Shown here piece after piece: positions 50,726 through 61,036 of a stretch of 64,000 nucleotides of DNA. This stretch comes from Candidatus Poribacteria bacterium (lineage in GTDB: Bacteria; Poribacteria; WGA-4E; PCPOR2b). The stretch's first letter is position 1; every line of letters starts with the position of its first letter. Location of the stretch: NCBI GenBank assembly GCA_965208675.1, contig OZ242351.1, forward strand, positions 3,264,001 to 3,328,000, read 5' to 3'. The notes under the pieces are model-generated. The model did no database searches, was not told the origin of the DNA, and saw nothing but the letters and a program-made list of their open reading frames with translations. The translations under genes and the position numbers were made by a program.

Positions 50726-53700
50726 CTACCACGGTGAGCCGGTAATCGGGATGTCGATTGGCGAGGTTGCGACGAGCAAGTATCCGACGCCGCCCTCGAT
50801 TGGGCCGTCACCGTCTTGACCGGGTGCCGTAATCGTGTGAAATCCAAAGCCAGCGGCTTTGGAGACCGCGATTGCCAAAACACCTTCGAACAGCAGCAGG
50901 CCGCTAATCATGTTGATGCCACCCGGATTGCGCGGAAAGCCGACGAGGTTGTTTCCGACTTCCACGTTAATTTCGGAAACGCCGCCGGATTCTAACGCAT
51001 CGCCGGCAAGCTCTAGCTTCGCAGCCCTGCGCATCACGGCAATTAGACCTGTATCGGCACGGATTTCGGCATCGGCTGCACTTCCCGCGCTCTCGTCACC
51101 GATGTAGCTTTGCCATCTGCCATTGTCGTCAAGTGATATGATGAAGTTGACGGCATCTCCGAGGGAATCAAAAAGGTCGCCCACCGTGTCGATTACAACA
51201 TCTTGGCCGTTAATCTGATTAACTTTCAACGGAATATGTATCCCATGTGTGCCCCGTGGGATGGACAACGTAAACATCGGTACCCTTACAGATTCGATAG
51301 TCAGCAAGGCGACAGTATGGGAAATACCTTCGACGCTCACGAAAACCTTGTTGATGCCGGGATCGGCGCCAAGTGTGAGGGTACTCTCCGCCCTGCCGTT
51401 GGCATCAGTTGCGGCAATTTTCGGTTGGACCGTCCCGCCGCCTGCGGTGACGGTAAAGGAGACCTGAATACCCGGCACGGGATTATCAGATTGATCTCGC
51501 ACTTCCACAACAAACGGCTCTTCAAGCGGCGCGCCGGGAGTTCCCTGCTGGTTTTCGCCAGAGATTATTTCGAACGTTTTGAGTATTCGGATGGCTTCGG
51601 CGTTAAACACGACTAATTTCTGGATGCCGGCAACAGAAACAGTGACGGAGTTTGTGCCCGCATTTGGGCTTAACGTGAGGGTACTCTCAGCCCGACCATT
51701 TGCGTCAGTCGATTCGCGCGCGGCACTCAGCATACCACCGCCGCTGCTGACGGTAAAAGTAACCGGAACGCCTTCAAACGTAACACTATTTTCGTCCCGA
51801 ATTTCCACAACGAACGGTTTGTCTAACACGGCACCGGGTAATCCCTGTTGGCTATTGCCCGAGACTATGCGAATCTCATGAGGCGTTCGGTTGTCGAAAT
51901 CCACCTCAACCCCCCGCTCCCGTAAGGCAGGAATGTGCGTGTATATGGATGCGTAACTCAAGGGATTTCTCCGAAGATAAACCATTGCCCCGCCCGCTAA
52001 TCCAGTATTCGCAATTAAGGGTGACATATCTGTTATTGAGTTGCCTTGAAGATTCAGGGATGTAAGGTTGATTAATCCCGTTAAAGCCGAGGTGTTGGTA
52101 ATTTTGTTGTTCTCTAACCCCAGCGCAAATAGATTGGTCAATCCTGCTAAAGGGAAAATGTCGGTGATGTTGTTATTTATTAGATACAAGCCCGTTAGGT
52201 TGGCTGCGCTTTCGAGGCCGGCAAGGTTGCTAATGTCGGCGCCGCCTGCATAAAGATAGGTCAAGGTTTCCATATCTGCCGGGGCTATTGGTGTTCCCGA
52301 CGCCACACCGAGCGTGTTTTCAATCGCGGCGCGAAGATTTGGATCGGGGATGTCTAACGGTGCAACCGCCACGGCGGTAAAGGTTACCGCCTCCTCAATT
52401 CCAGCGGCAGACACCCGTACGGTGTTGATTCCCAAATTTTTTCCCAGCGTGAGCGTACTCTCCGCGCGTCCATTTTCATCGGTCACGATGTGCTGCACGC
52501 TGAGAACACCTCCGCCTGCGGTAACGGCAAAGGTGATGGCGACGCCGCCAAGTGGAGCACCGTCATCTGAATTTCGTGCTTCAATGACAAATGGGATAGG
52601 CAACGGAGTGTTAGCTAAGCCGTGTTGGTTATCGCCCGAAATTTTCGAAAGCGGTTGAAATGCGTCAGAAACCAGTACAAATTCTTCACCGCCCCATGTG
52701 TCTCCATTCATGTCAACGGCATCAACAACAATCGGATGAATTAGAGGGTTCGAAAGACTGGTGTTTCTGCTGTATGACGGTTCATGGGCAGATGGAATAA
52801 AACCGTTATATTCAAATTCAATAACGGCTTCCTTTTTGCCCGCTAACCCGCGGCATGCCTTCAATGTGAATCGGTTGTCTGGTTGGGCGGCGTGTAGAAT
52901 CGCTTGGTGCAGCCCATCTGAATCTCGGATTGAGAGTCGAACTAGGGTGCTTTTTGAGGCTGCCGGATAGGAACGGGGGGAAACAAATTCAATGATGGGC
53001 GGCAGCCCTGATTTAAGTGGAGCATCGTGCTTAAAGTAGGGATGCACGGACAAATATTCGGCGTTGCATTGGGATAACCGATTCCAGCTTGGTGAATCCG
53101 GTGAGCCGTACGACATGATGTACGCGCCGTCGCGGAAGTCGTGGTAAAGTCCGAAGGCGTGTCCGAGTTCATGCGCCGCTAAGCCCCAATTAAACCTACC
53201 GGAAACCAATGCCTCGCCACCGGTTTTTCCGCGTCTGCCGCCGACACCGCGGTAAACGGAATCGCCCATACCAATTCCATTTATACTGTTGTCAACGACG
53301 ATGAGATAGACATTTGCTTCGTGATTGAAGGCACTGTTAATCTCGGCAGACACAACACGATCTGTTTCTTCAAGATAGTGACTATCAGGATATTGTCCAG
53401 CTACATCGTGCACCATCGGCTCGCCTTGAGAGTCAGTTTCAAAAATGAACGTTGAGTTTCCGTACCCATGCGCCTTCATCTGCTCGGCAAAGAAAGATTG
53501 AATAGTGCGAATATCCGTTTTCATCTGTTGAACCACGCCGGTGCGGTACGGACGGTCATTGGGCAGGAAGTAAATCATTCTTACCGTTCGCGGGGCGCCG
53601 ACGTTTAAGTTTGGTGCGAAGGTTCGGGCGTAATTACGGGTATCCGGACGCTTGGAATCATTATGAGATTGAAGTTGGTATTGGACAGCCCCGCATAAAT

Positions 53701-53809
53701 GTGCCGCATTCCCTAGGGTTGGATGGGGAGCGGCAACCGCAAAATTGGGTGTGAAAACGGGGAGAAAAAGAATTACCAATGTTTTTATGATTTTGATTGC
53801 CATGGTCAA
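50726..53809 (-). CDS. Secreted metzincin metalloprotease with Big_1 (invasin-like) and internalin-like LRR domains
   Basis: Signal peptide; HELGHAFGLYH + IMSY Met-turn; three ISG.NQ.G...TD.NGRAESTLTL Ig repeats; IPDPNLRAAI LRR cap and LRRs. Confidence 0.85.
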   Translation of the reverse strand: MTMAIKIIKTLVILFLPVFTPNFAVAAPHPTLGNAAHLCGAVQYQLQSHNDSKRPDTRNYARTFAPNLNVGAPRTVRMIYFLPNDRPYRTGVVQQMKTDIRTIQSFFAEQMKAHGYGNSTFIFETDSQGEPMVHDVAGQYPDSHYLEETDRVVSAEINSAFNHEANVYLIVVDNSINGIGMGDSVYRGVGGRRGKTGGEALVSGRFNWGLAAHELGHAFGLYHDFRDGAYIMSYGSPDSPSWNRLSQCNAEYLSVHPYFKHDAPLKSGLPPIIEFVSPRSYPAASKSTLVRLSIRDSDGLHQAILHAAQPDNRFTLKACRGLAGKKEAVIEFEYNGFIPSAHEPSYSRNTSLSNPLIHPIVVDAVDMNGDTWGGEEFVLVSDAFQPLSKISGDNQHGLANTPLPIPFVIEARNSDDGAPLGGVAITFAVTAGGGVLSVQHIVTDENGRAESTLTLGKNLGINTVRVSAAGIEEAVTFTAVAVAPLDIPDPNLRAAIENTLGVASGTPIAPADMETLTYLYAGGADISNLAGLESAANLTGLYLINNNITDIFPLAGLTNLFALGLENNKITNTSALTGLINLTSLNLQGNSITDMSPLIANTGLAGGAMVYLRRNPLSYASIYTHIPALRERGVEVDFDNRTPHEIRIVSGNSQQGLPGAVLDKPFVVEIRDENSVTFEGVPVTFTVSSGGGMLSAARESTDANGRAESTLTLSPNAGTNSVTVSVAGIQKLVVFNAEAIRILKTFEIISGENQQGTPGAPLEEPFVVEVRDQSDNPVPGIQVSFTVTAGGGTVQPKIAATDANGRAESTLTLGADPGINKVFVSVEGISHTVALLTIESVRVPMFTLSIPRGTHGIHIPLKVNQINGQDVVIDTVGDLFDSLGDAVNFIISLDDNGRWQSYIGDESAGSAADAEIRADTGLIAVMRRAAKLELAGDALESGGVSEINVEVGNNLVGFPRNPGGINMISGLLLFEGVLAIAVSKAAGFGFHTITAPGQDGDGPIEGGVGYLLVATSPIDIPITGSPW

Positions 53810-53874
53810 CCCGTCAAAGAATGTCTGAACTGTGATTAATGGAGTGAAATGTTATTCGGTGTTGACAAACTCTT

Positions 53875-54463
53875 GTAGGATAGGTAGAGCGGGATTGATG
53901 ACACATGTGAATTATGAGACAGGTAGTTGTTGAATTGATTGGGTTCAAGACTTGTTTATGTGTGGGGATATGCAATGTTTTTGGTGGTCCGGAGGTTTCA
54001 ATGCTGAAGACTATCGTCTTCGCTATTCGCTCAGTTAATCGTTGGGTTTCGCTGCGCGTAATAAGCAATGCGGTTTTCTTGCGTACCGAACGGACATAGC
54101 TATCGGCACGGTTTTGGATTTACCCGCTCTACCCAACCTACAAGAACTAGCGAGTATTTGCCGCGATACGGAGAACGTTCCTACCGCGGCGGTGGATTCC
54201 AAATTCGCGAAGTAAAGTCAATAACCCCCTCTAGCTCAACTTGGTAAGGGGGAGGATTATGATAGCTTTTGTAGGTTGGGTAGAGCGGGTAATACGAAAA
54301 CCGTTGCGATTGCTTTGACGGTTCAGTCCCAAGAACATTGCTCTATGCAGATTGCGTGTAGCGAAACCCAACGCTTTTCTGCCGTCTAGAGATTTCAAAA
54401 GCGTTGGGTTTCGGAAAGACTATCGCCTTCGCTATTCGCTCAGTTGATCTCTACCCAACCTAC
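53875..54463. repeat. Two REP/REPIN-like composite elements with ~100-bp inverted arms
   Basis: GTAGG..GGTAGAGCGG starts at 53875 and 54271; CTACCCAACCTAC ends near 54141 and 54463; 54040-54141 resembles the reverse complement of 54271-54373; 30-bp modules at 54011 and 54420. Confidence 0.8.
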
Positions 54464-54524
54464 AGGAGTTAGACGCATAACGTACCATCGGGTATCGGAA
54501 TGCCCTCATGGCAGTTCGTATTGA

Positions 54525-54553
54525 TTGACATACTCGCAAAACGGTGTTATTCT
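54525..54553 (+). promoter_or_regulatory. Probable sigma70 promoter of the two-component operon
   Basis: TTGACA-17 nt-TATTCT with extended TG. Confidence 0.55.
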
Positions 54554-54588
54554 TGTGCGAACTTATCCGGCAAATCCCGAGGTGAGAA

Positions 54589-56199
54589 ATGCAAGCGGAA
54601 GATGAGAAACAATCACAACGAAATAGCGAAATACGGCGGTTGCGCCAGCGAGTGGCGAGGTTAGAGCGCGATAGAGATAAATTCAAGCGGATGTCGGAGG
54701 CAGACCCATATTACAACGGCCCGGACATGTTTGCTTCTGCTGATGCCGTCTCGGAAAGGGTTCTCCACTGCAATGAAGCGTTATGCACGGCGTTGGGTTA
54801 TGCAGAAGCGGAGATTGTGGGCCGCCCTATTTCGAAGATATATCATCCGGACAGTGTTGAAAGTGCAAAGCAAGCCTTCGCCAGCCTTGTAAGCGACGGT
54901 ACAATACGTGATGTGGAGCTAGTATTGCGGAAGAGTGATGGAAGTACATTGGCGGTGAACTTAAATGCCGCAACTTACCGTAATACAAGAGGAAAGGCGC
55001 TTTACTGCCGGTTCATTTGGCGGGACATCACGCGGCAGAAGGAGACGGAACAGGACCTACGAGCGAGTGAAGAACGCTTTCACCAGTTGGCGACCAGCAT
55101 CCGCGAGGTGTTCTGGCTAATGTCGCTCGAAGGGGACGAGTTTTTCTACCTCAGCCCCGGATACGATGAGATATGGGGACGATCCCGCGTGGACTTAATG
55201 GCGGAACCGATGTCGTGGGTGGACAGCATCTATCCGGATGACATAGAGCAGGTTATTGCTCATTTTGAGCGGCAGAAACTCGGCGATTTAGTGGAGTATG
55301 AGTTTCGTATGGTGCGTCCGGACGGTGAAATCCGTTGGATTCATGCGCGCGCCTTTCCAGTCAACGATGAGAACGGCGTACCCTACCGCGTGGCGGGCTT
55401 TGCGCTGGACATCACGGAACGCAAGCGTGCAGAGGAGCAGTTAATTCAAGCGAGTAATATGGCCTCATTAGGGCAGCTCACGGCCGGCGTAGCGCACGAG
55501 ATTAGCAACCCGGCCAATTTTGTTTTGCTAAACGGAGAATCCCTTCAGAAATCTTGGTCAAGCGTAATACCGTTTCTGGATGAATATTGCGGCGAGCACG
55601 GGGATTTCATGTGCGCCGGCATGCCCTATTCGAAATTGCGGGGCCGTATCAGCAAACTAGCTACCGGCATCATTGACGGTGCGAATCGAATCAAAAAAAT
55701 CGTGGATGCGCTCGGCGATTTCTCGCAAAGCGGCAGCGAAGATTTAAGCCAACCGGTCAATTGTAATGCGGTGATTGACTCCGCAGCCGTAATTATGCGG
55801 AATCTGATTAAAACATCGACGAACCACTTCTCGACTCAATTTGAGGACAATCTGCCTGATGTTCTCGGCAACTCGCAACATCTCGAACAGGTATTTATTA
55901 ACTTAATCACTAACGCTTGCCATGCGCTGCCCGATCCGGGCAAAAAAATCGTGGTTTCGACCCAAACGAGTTCAAAGGGTGTATTGATTGAGGTTTGCGA
56001 CGAGGGAGAGGGAATTCCGCCTGAAAATTTAGGACGCATTATGGACGCCTTCTTCACGACCAAGCAAGGTGCCAGCGGCGTCGGACTAGGGCTTTCCATC
56101 TCTTACAATATTGTCAAGAATCATGGCGGGGAATTAACCTTCTCCTCCGAACTTGGAAAGGGAACGACAGCGGCAGTCAAGCTGCCTGCCGCCCGTTAA
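54589..56199 (+). CDS. Cytoplasmic PAS-PAS sensor histidine kinase (NtrB-like)
   Basis: Two PAS/PAC domains, AHEISNP, QVFINLITNA, DEGEGI, FFTTK, GVGLGL. Confidence 0.95.
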   Translation: MQAEDEKQSQRNSEIRRLRQRVARLERDRDKFKRMSEADPYYNGPDMFASADAVSERVLHCNEALCTALGYAEAEIVGRPISKIYHPDSVESAKQAFASLVSDGTIRDVELVLRKSDGSTLAVNLNAATYRNTRGKALYCRFIWRDITRQKETEQDLRASEERFHQLATSIREVFWLMSLEGDEFFYLSPGYDEIWGRSRVDLMAEPMSWVDSIYPDDIEQVIAHFERQKLGDLVEYEFRMVRPDGEIRWIHARAFPVNDENGVPYRVAGFALDITERKRAEEQLIQASNMASLGQLTAGVAHEISNPANFVLLNGESLQKSWSSVIPFLDEYCGEHGDFMCAGMPYSKLRGRISKLATGIIDGANRIKKIVDALGDFSQSGSEDLSQPVNCNAVIDSAAVIMRNLIKTSTNHFSTQFEDNLPDVLGNSQHLEQVFINLITNACHALPDPGKKIVVSTQTSSKGVLIEVCDEGEGIPPENLGRIMDAFFTTKQGASGVGLGLSISYNIVKNHGGELTFSSELGKGTTAAVKLPAAR

Positions 56200-56209
56200 C
56201 GGCAACTAT

Positions 56210-57643
56210 ATGAATCCAGTTCAGTTTCCTACGCATCCCATTCTACTGGTTGACGACGAAGAACATTTCCTATTCAGTGCGGATCACACGTTGAATTTAG
56301 CGGGCATGAATAATATCGTCCAATGCGGTGACAGCCGCGAAGTTATGTCCACTCTGTCGAAGAGAGACTTTTCGGTTGTCGTGCTGGACTTGCTGATGCC
56401 CGGCTTATCCGGACTGGACATACTACCGTTGATTGTTTCGGCCTTTCCGGAACTTCCCGTAATGGTCTTCACCGCTGTCAACAATGTGGAAACGGCGGTC
56501 GAGTGTCTGAAACTTGGGGCGTACGACTACATCCTGAAACCGATAAATAGCGTCAGGCTTGTGTCCACGGTTCGACGCGGTGTAGAAATGAGCGAACTGC
56601 GCCACCATAACCGGCAACTCAAAGACCGGCTCCTCTCGGACGCCTTGGACCATCCTGAAGCGTTTTCGAACATCGTCACACAGGATCGTGCGATGTATGC
56701 CGTATTCCAATATACCGAGACAGTTGCTCCAACGCCGATGCCGGTTTTGATTACGGGCGCAACCGGTGTTGGCAAGGAACTGATTGCAGCGGCAATCCAC
56801 AAGCTGAGCGGGCGGGAGGGTGAATTTGTTTCAGTCAATGTCTCGGGACTCGACGACCACCTATTCTCGGACGCGCTTTTCGGCCACAAAAAGGGAGCGT
56901 TTACGGGCGCGGATTCAGAGCGAAAGTGGTTAATTGAACGCGCGTCAAACGGCACGCTCTTCCTTGATGAAATCGGCGACCTGCACCTGGAGTCTCAGGT
57001 CAAACTGCTGCGTTTTTTGCAGGAAAGAACTTACTACCCGCTTGGCGACGATTTCCCGCGAACAAATAACGCAAGAATAGTTGTTGCTACGAATCGAGAT
57101 ATACAATTCCTGAGAGAGTCCGAAACTTTTCGCAGCGACCTCTACTTCCGCTTGAAAACTCATCATATTCACCTGCCGCCGCTTCGCGAGCGGGCGGGCG
57201 ATATCCCGTTATTGGTATCGCATTTTCTGGAAATCGCCGCTAAGAAACTAGAAAAGGAAACGCCCACGGTTCCACCCGAACTCTACACCTTGCTTGGAAC
57301 CTACCACTTCCCGGGCAATATCCGAGAACTTGAAGGCATGGTACTAGACGCTGTCAGCCGGCACAAAGGGGGTGTACTTTCCATAGCATCTTTCCAGCGA
57401 GCGATTGGCGAGCAGTCTATAGTTTCCCACGAGGATACGACGGTTAAAGGAAGCAATTTTGCGGAAGGATTGTCGGCGCTAGCCGCACTTCCCTATTTGA
57501 AAGAAGTAGAACAACTGATGATTACCGAAGCCCTTAAGCGCGCCGATGGCAACCAGACGCTTGCAGCTAAACTCTTGGGAATGTCGAGAAATGCGTTAAA
57601 CAAGCGTCTAAACCGTTCCAAAACATCATCGGACGATGAGTAA
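56210..57643 (+). CDS. Sigma54-dependent response regulator (NtrC family)
   Basis: REC (LVDDE, LDLLMP), GATGVGKE, GAFTGA, FLDEIG, FPGNIREL, Fis-type HTH. Confidence 0.95.
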   Translation: MNPVQFPTHPILLVDDEEHFLFSADHTLNLAGMNNIVQCGDSREVMSTLSKRDFSVVVLDLLMPGLSGLDILPLIVSAFPELPVMVFTAVNNVETAVECLKLGAYDYILKPINSVRLVSTVRRGVEMSELRHHNRQLKDRLLSDALDHPEAFSNIVTQDRAMYAVFQYTETVAPTPMPVLITGATGVGKELIAAAIHKLSGREGEFVSVNVSGLDDHLFSDALFGHKKGAFTGADSERKWLIERASNGTLFLDEIGDLHLESQVKLLRFLQERTYYPLGDDFPRTNNARIVVATNRDIQFLRESETFRSDLYFRLKTHHIHLPPLRERAGDIPLLVSHFLEIAAKKLEKETPTVPPELYTLLGTYHFPGNIRELEGMVLDAVSRHKGGVLSIASFQRAIGEQSIVSHEDTTVKGSNFAEGLSALAALPYLKEVEQLMITEALKRADGNQTLAAKLLGMSRNALNKRLNRSKTSSDDE

Positions 57644-57722
57644 ATCGGCGTTTGCTTTTCCCCACCCCGCTCTCTAATCTGTACCAACCCTCTCTTTTAA
57701 CGAAAACCAAGTCTTCAAAGGG

Positions 57723-57840
57723 GTGCGCCATTTGGCGCTATTGCACACTTTTGGCGCACAACCCCCCAAACCCTTGCCTGGCAAGGGTTTCCTCGCTTAT
57801 TGACCCCAATTTTTCCGAATCGTGGGGACATTTGGCGCAC
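57723..57840 (+). promoter_or_regulatory. Putative enhancer (UAS) sites for the NtrC-like regulator
   Basis: GCGCCATTTGGCGC, TGCACACTTTTGGCGCA and GGGACATTTGGCGCA repeats 130-245 bp upstream of a -24/-12 promoter. Confidence 0.65.
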
Positions 57841-57965
57841 CCCTTTCCAAATCTCGCCAGGACGTTGCCGTTCCAGTCTGAAAAAAACTTTAAAATGCCC
57901 GTATCCCTTGATACGTAAGGCTTTCCGAGTCAAAGCCGAGCCCAAATTGAAGCATGATTTTGTAC

Positions 57966-57982
57966 TTGGCATAGAAATTGCG
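57966..57982 (+). promoter_or_regulatory. Sigma54 -24/-12 promoter
   Basis: TTGGCATAGAAATTGCG; GG-N10-GC spacing exact. Confidence 0.8.
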
Positions 57983-58042
57983 CATACAATGCCCAAAGTA
58001 TCTTGATTTGGAACGCGGGGATTCATTTCAAAAGAGGCGGCG

Positions 58043-60079
58043 TTGATGAATTTTGGGGTCACGCGCATTTCACTTACCATCGGGTTCTCCGTTGTATTGG
58101 GTTGCTTGTTACTTTTTACGCAAGCCATCGCAGATGCCTCCGATGCCTTCACGCTCATCTATGCCGGTGACGAAGGCGGGCAGCTTGGGCTCCACGGATG
58201 CGGAACCGAACAGGTCGGCGGGCTTTCTCGACGCCAGACCGTTATACAATCCTTGCGTGAAAAATACCCTGTCTCGCTGAACCTTCACACCGGAAACTTC
58301 CTTGACCCTACCGACCCGAACAATGAACTCATCTGCCAAATCGCCCTCGAAGCCTTAAGCGCTATGCATTACGACGCGGTCTGTCTCGGACCGGGTGACC
58401 TGTGTCTTCCCGTTGATTCACTCTCCGCCCTTTACGCCAACCATCCGGATTTGCCCGTTATTTGCACGAATATCGTAGGCGCGCAGTTCCTGCGACCGTT
58501 TGAAGCCATCGAAGCGGGCAAGAGTAAAATTGCCGTGGTTGGGTTGATATCAAATTCGTATGAAACCGAGATTTCCGCCTATAATCCGGAAGTCACGCTT
58601 ACCCATCCAGCGGAAGCGCTAGAGACTTTGGGGGAAGAAATCACGCCTCAAAGTGATTTTGTCGTGGGCGTATTTCACGGATCAGAGACGGAAGCGCGTG
58701 AACTCGCGGAGAGGTTTTCATGGTTATCCGTTCTCGTCCTCGCCCAGAATGAACCCACAGAAACACCTTCCGTGCCACCGATTGTCGTGGGCGATACAAC
58801 CATTGTCACCAACCCTGCGAAAGGAGAAGCCGTTGGGGTTCTAGAAGTTGGGCTTGACGCTAATCTCCAACATGTGGTGTCGAGGGAGAATCAGCGCATT
58901 GCGGTCTCAGAAGGAATTTTACCTGACGCCGACCTTGAGACGTTATTGGGGCTTTATGATTTCCTCTCCGAAGATTTCGAATTTGGCGGTCAAGATCGTG
59001 TACCTGATGACCGTGCTGTCCATATCACCTACTTTCACAAACGTGGCTGCCAGAAGTGTGCTAGAGCCAGCGAGATTTTGAAACGCCTCGAAACCGAATA
59101 CCCGCAGATTGTGGTTGAAAAACGCTACGCCAAAGCCGACCAACAACTGCTTGAGGCGATGGGGGCGTTGTACGACGTTCCGGAAGTCAAGCGGCTCACC
59201 ACACCGGCGGTGTTTATCGGAGATGCGTATCTCTTGGATGAACTTGATGAAGCAAAACTGGAAGAGATTATCGGAACATACCTCGTAACAGGCGTTGCCT
59301 CTCGGTTATCGGACGCACAAGCCAAAACTGGTGAAGCGGAATCCGAAATCGTCAAACGCTTTAGCGCCTTCGGGACATTGGCTGTCGCGGGTGCGGGGTT
59401 GCTTGACGGAATTAACCCGTGCGCCTTCGCAACGATTGTGTTCTTCATCTCCTATCTTTCTCTCGTTGGACGCTCACGCAAAGAGATGCTCGTTGCCGGC
59501 GGGGCATTCGCTGCCGTGGTGTTTGTGACGTATCTGCTGTTGGGGATGGGACTGCTCAAATTCCTCTCGTTCCTCAACGAGTTCTCGGTCGTTGCCAAGT
59601 GTGTCTACCTAGTTGCTGCGATTGGGACGTTCACGCTGGCGTTCTTGAGTCTATACGACGCAATCAAAGCCAAACAGGGCAAGGTGAAGGAAATAACATT
59701 ACAGTTGCCCAAATCTCTGAAACAGCGCATCCATAAGGTCATCCGCGAACAGACGCGGACATCAAGCGTCATCATCGGCGCATTGGTCATCGGCTTTGCG
59801 ATTTCTGCCCTAGAGTTGGTCTGTACCGGTCAAGTCTACTTGCCGACGATTACGTTCGTCATGGGTGTTGAGGGGATGCGCGCAAATGCCTTGGCGTACC
59901 TGATTCTGTACAATCTAATGTTTATCACGCCGCTGCTGGTTGTGTTCGGTTTCGTGTATTGGGGCACGACCTCGATGGAGTTGGGTGGCGTGTTGCAAAA
60001 GCAACTGATGCCGGTAAAGGTCGGAACGGGAGTATTGCTGTTTGGGTTAGGGCTTTGGTTACTTTCAGGAATCCTGTGA
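58043..60079 (+). CDS. Fusion of UshA-like metallophosphoesterase domain, thioredoxin-like CxxC and CcdA/DsbD-type TM domain
   Basis: G.L..HGC...QVGGLSRR; YF...GCQKC...TTPAVFIG; AGLLDGINPCAF and ELVCTGQVY. Confidence 0.8.
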   Translation: MMNFGVTRISLTIGFSVVLGCLLLFTQAIADASDAFTLIYAGDEGGQLGLHGCGTEQVGGLSRRQTVIQSLREKYPVSLNLHTGNFLDPTDPNNELICQIALEALSAMHYDAVCLGPGDLCLPVDSLSALYANHPDLPVICTNIVGAQFLRPFEAIEAGKSKIAVVGLISNSYETEISAYNPEVTLTHPAEALETLGEEITPQSDFVVGVFHGSETEARELAERFSWLSVLVLAQNEPTETPSVPPIVVGDTTIVTNPAKGEAVGVLEVGLDANLQHVVSRENQRIAVSEGILPDADLETLLGLYDFLSEDFEFGGQDRVPDDRAVHITYFHKRGCQKCARASEILKRLETEYPQIVVEKRYAKADQQLLEAMGALYDVPEVKRLTTPAVFIGDAYLLDELDEAKLEEIIGTYLVTGVASRLSDAQAKTGEAESEIVKRFSAFGTLAVAGAGLLDGINPCAFATIVFFISYLSLVGRSRKEMLVAGGAFAAVVFVTYLLLGMGLLKFLSFLNEFSVVAKCVYLVAAIGTFTLAFLSLYDAIKAKQGKVKEITLQLPKSLKQRIHKVIREQTRTSSVIIGALVIGFAISALELVCTGQVYLPTITFVMGVEGMRANALAYLILYNLMFITPLLVVFGFVYWGTTSMELGGVLQKQLMPVKVGTGVLLFGLGLWLLSGIL

Positions 60080-60103
60080 ATTATATTTAGCGAAAGTTGA
60101 ACA

Positions 60104-61021
60104 ATGATACAGTATTTGCATTCCCATAAATTCTTGCTAGTAAGCATCTTTATGGTCGCTTTTTGTTTATTGAATCAACTAAGTTTCGGTGAACAGCTAG
60201 GTCTCAATGAAGTTGTCGAAATTCTTAATTTTGCACGGCAGAGCATTGAATACGGAGAATTGAAAATGTTCTCGTACTGGCCTGCTAAACCTCAAGTGCC
60301 TTCGCTCGACGAAGAGTTGGAGTTGAAACAGCAACTGTATCACTGGCAGCAACAATACGACAATGCCAAGACCTTAAAGAAGCGAGAATTGGCTGCGGAG
60401 CAGTTAACCTTCTATCAGGAACAACAACAATATTTTTTGAATGGCAGTCCAACATTTGAAGAGAGAAACATCATATTCCTCGTCCGTCCAAATTTTATTG
60501 ATAAAGATTCTAATGAACTCTATGATGCACGAATTCTCGACATTGACCGTTACAGACAGTTCACTCATTCTCGACCACCTTCTTTTTTTGAAGAATCCTA
60601 TCTTAATGCGAACTACATTTATACGACAATCATGAAAGCTGAATTTAATGCATATTTGTGGGCAAAAGAGAAATCCTTGAGCGGGTTCGTGGGAAAACCG
60701 GGAAATGTCAGTGACTTCCCTTACCACCTAAATGGAAGGTCTGATTTCCCAATAGATGCCGACCGCGTTGTGTCATTTGAGATGATTACCGATGACAAGG
60801 GGAATGACCTTTATTTGCTTGAGTTTTTGCCATCAACTTGGTCAGATACAGATTCAAAAACCATCGAACGGGAGGGCAAAAGCGTTGAACACAAGCTACG
60901 GATTAAAGTATCCGAAGGTGTTACCAAGGGGCCATTACGAGACACTTTAAAAATTCACACAACGCATCCCGCCCATCGAAAAATTGAAATACCTGTCTCT
61001 GGTATCGTAATGAACAGGTAA
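60104..61021 (+). CDS. Hypothetical exported protein
   Basis: Signal-like N-terminus; Ig-like C-terminal fragment. Confidence 0.6.
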   Translation: MIQYLHSHKFLLVSIFMVAFCLLNQLSFGEQLGLNEVVEILNFARQSIEYGELKMFSYWPAKPQVPSLDEELELKQQLYHWQQQYDNAKTLKKRELAAEQLTFYQEQQQYFLNGSPTFEERNIIFLVRPNFIDKDSNELYDARILDIDRYRQFTHSRPPSFFEESYLNANYIYTTIMKAEFNAYLWAKEKSLSGFVGKPGNVSDFPYHLNGRSDFPIDADRVVSFEMITDDKGNDLYLLEFLPSTWSDTDSKTIEREGKSVEHKLRIKVSEGVTKGPLRDTLKIHTTHPAHRKIEIPVSGIVMNR

Positions 61022-61036
61022 GTGAGGAATTCTTTG

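Noticed and set aside
58160-58240. Selenocysteine in the UshA-like motif
   Set aside because: The codon is TGC; no in-frame TGA
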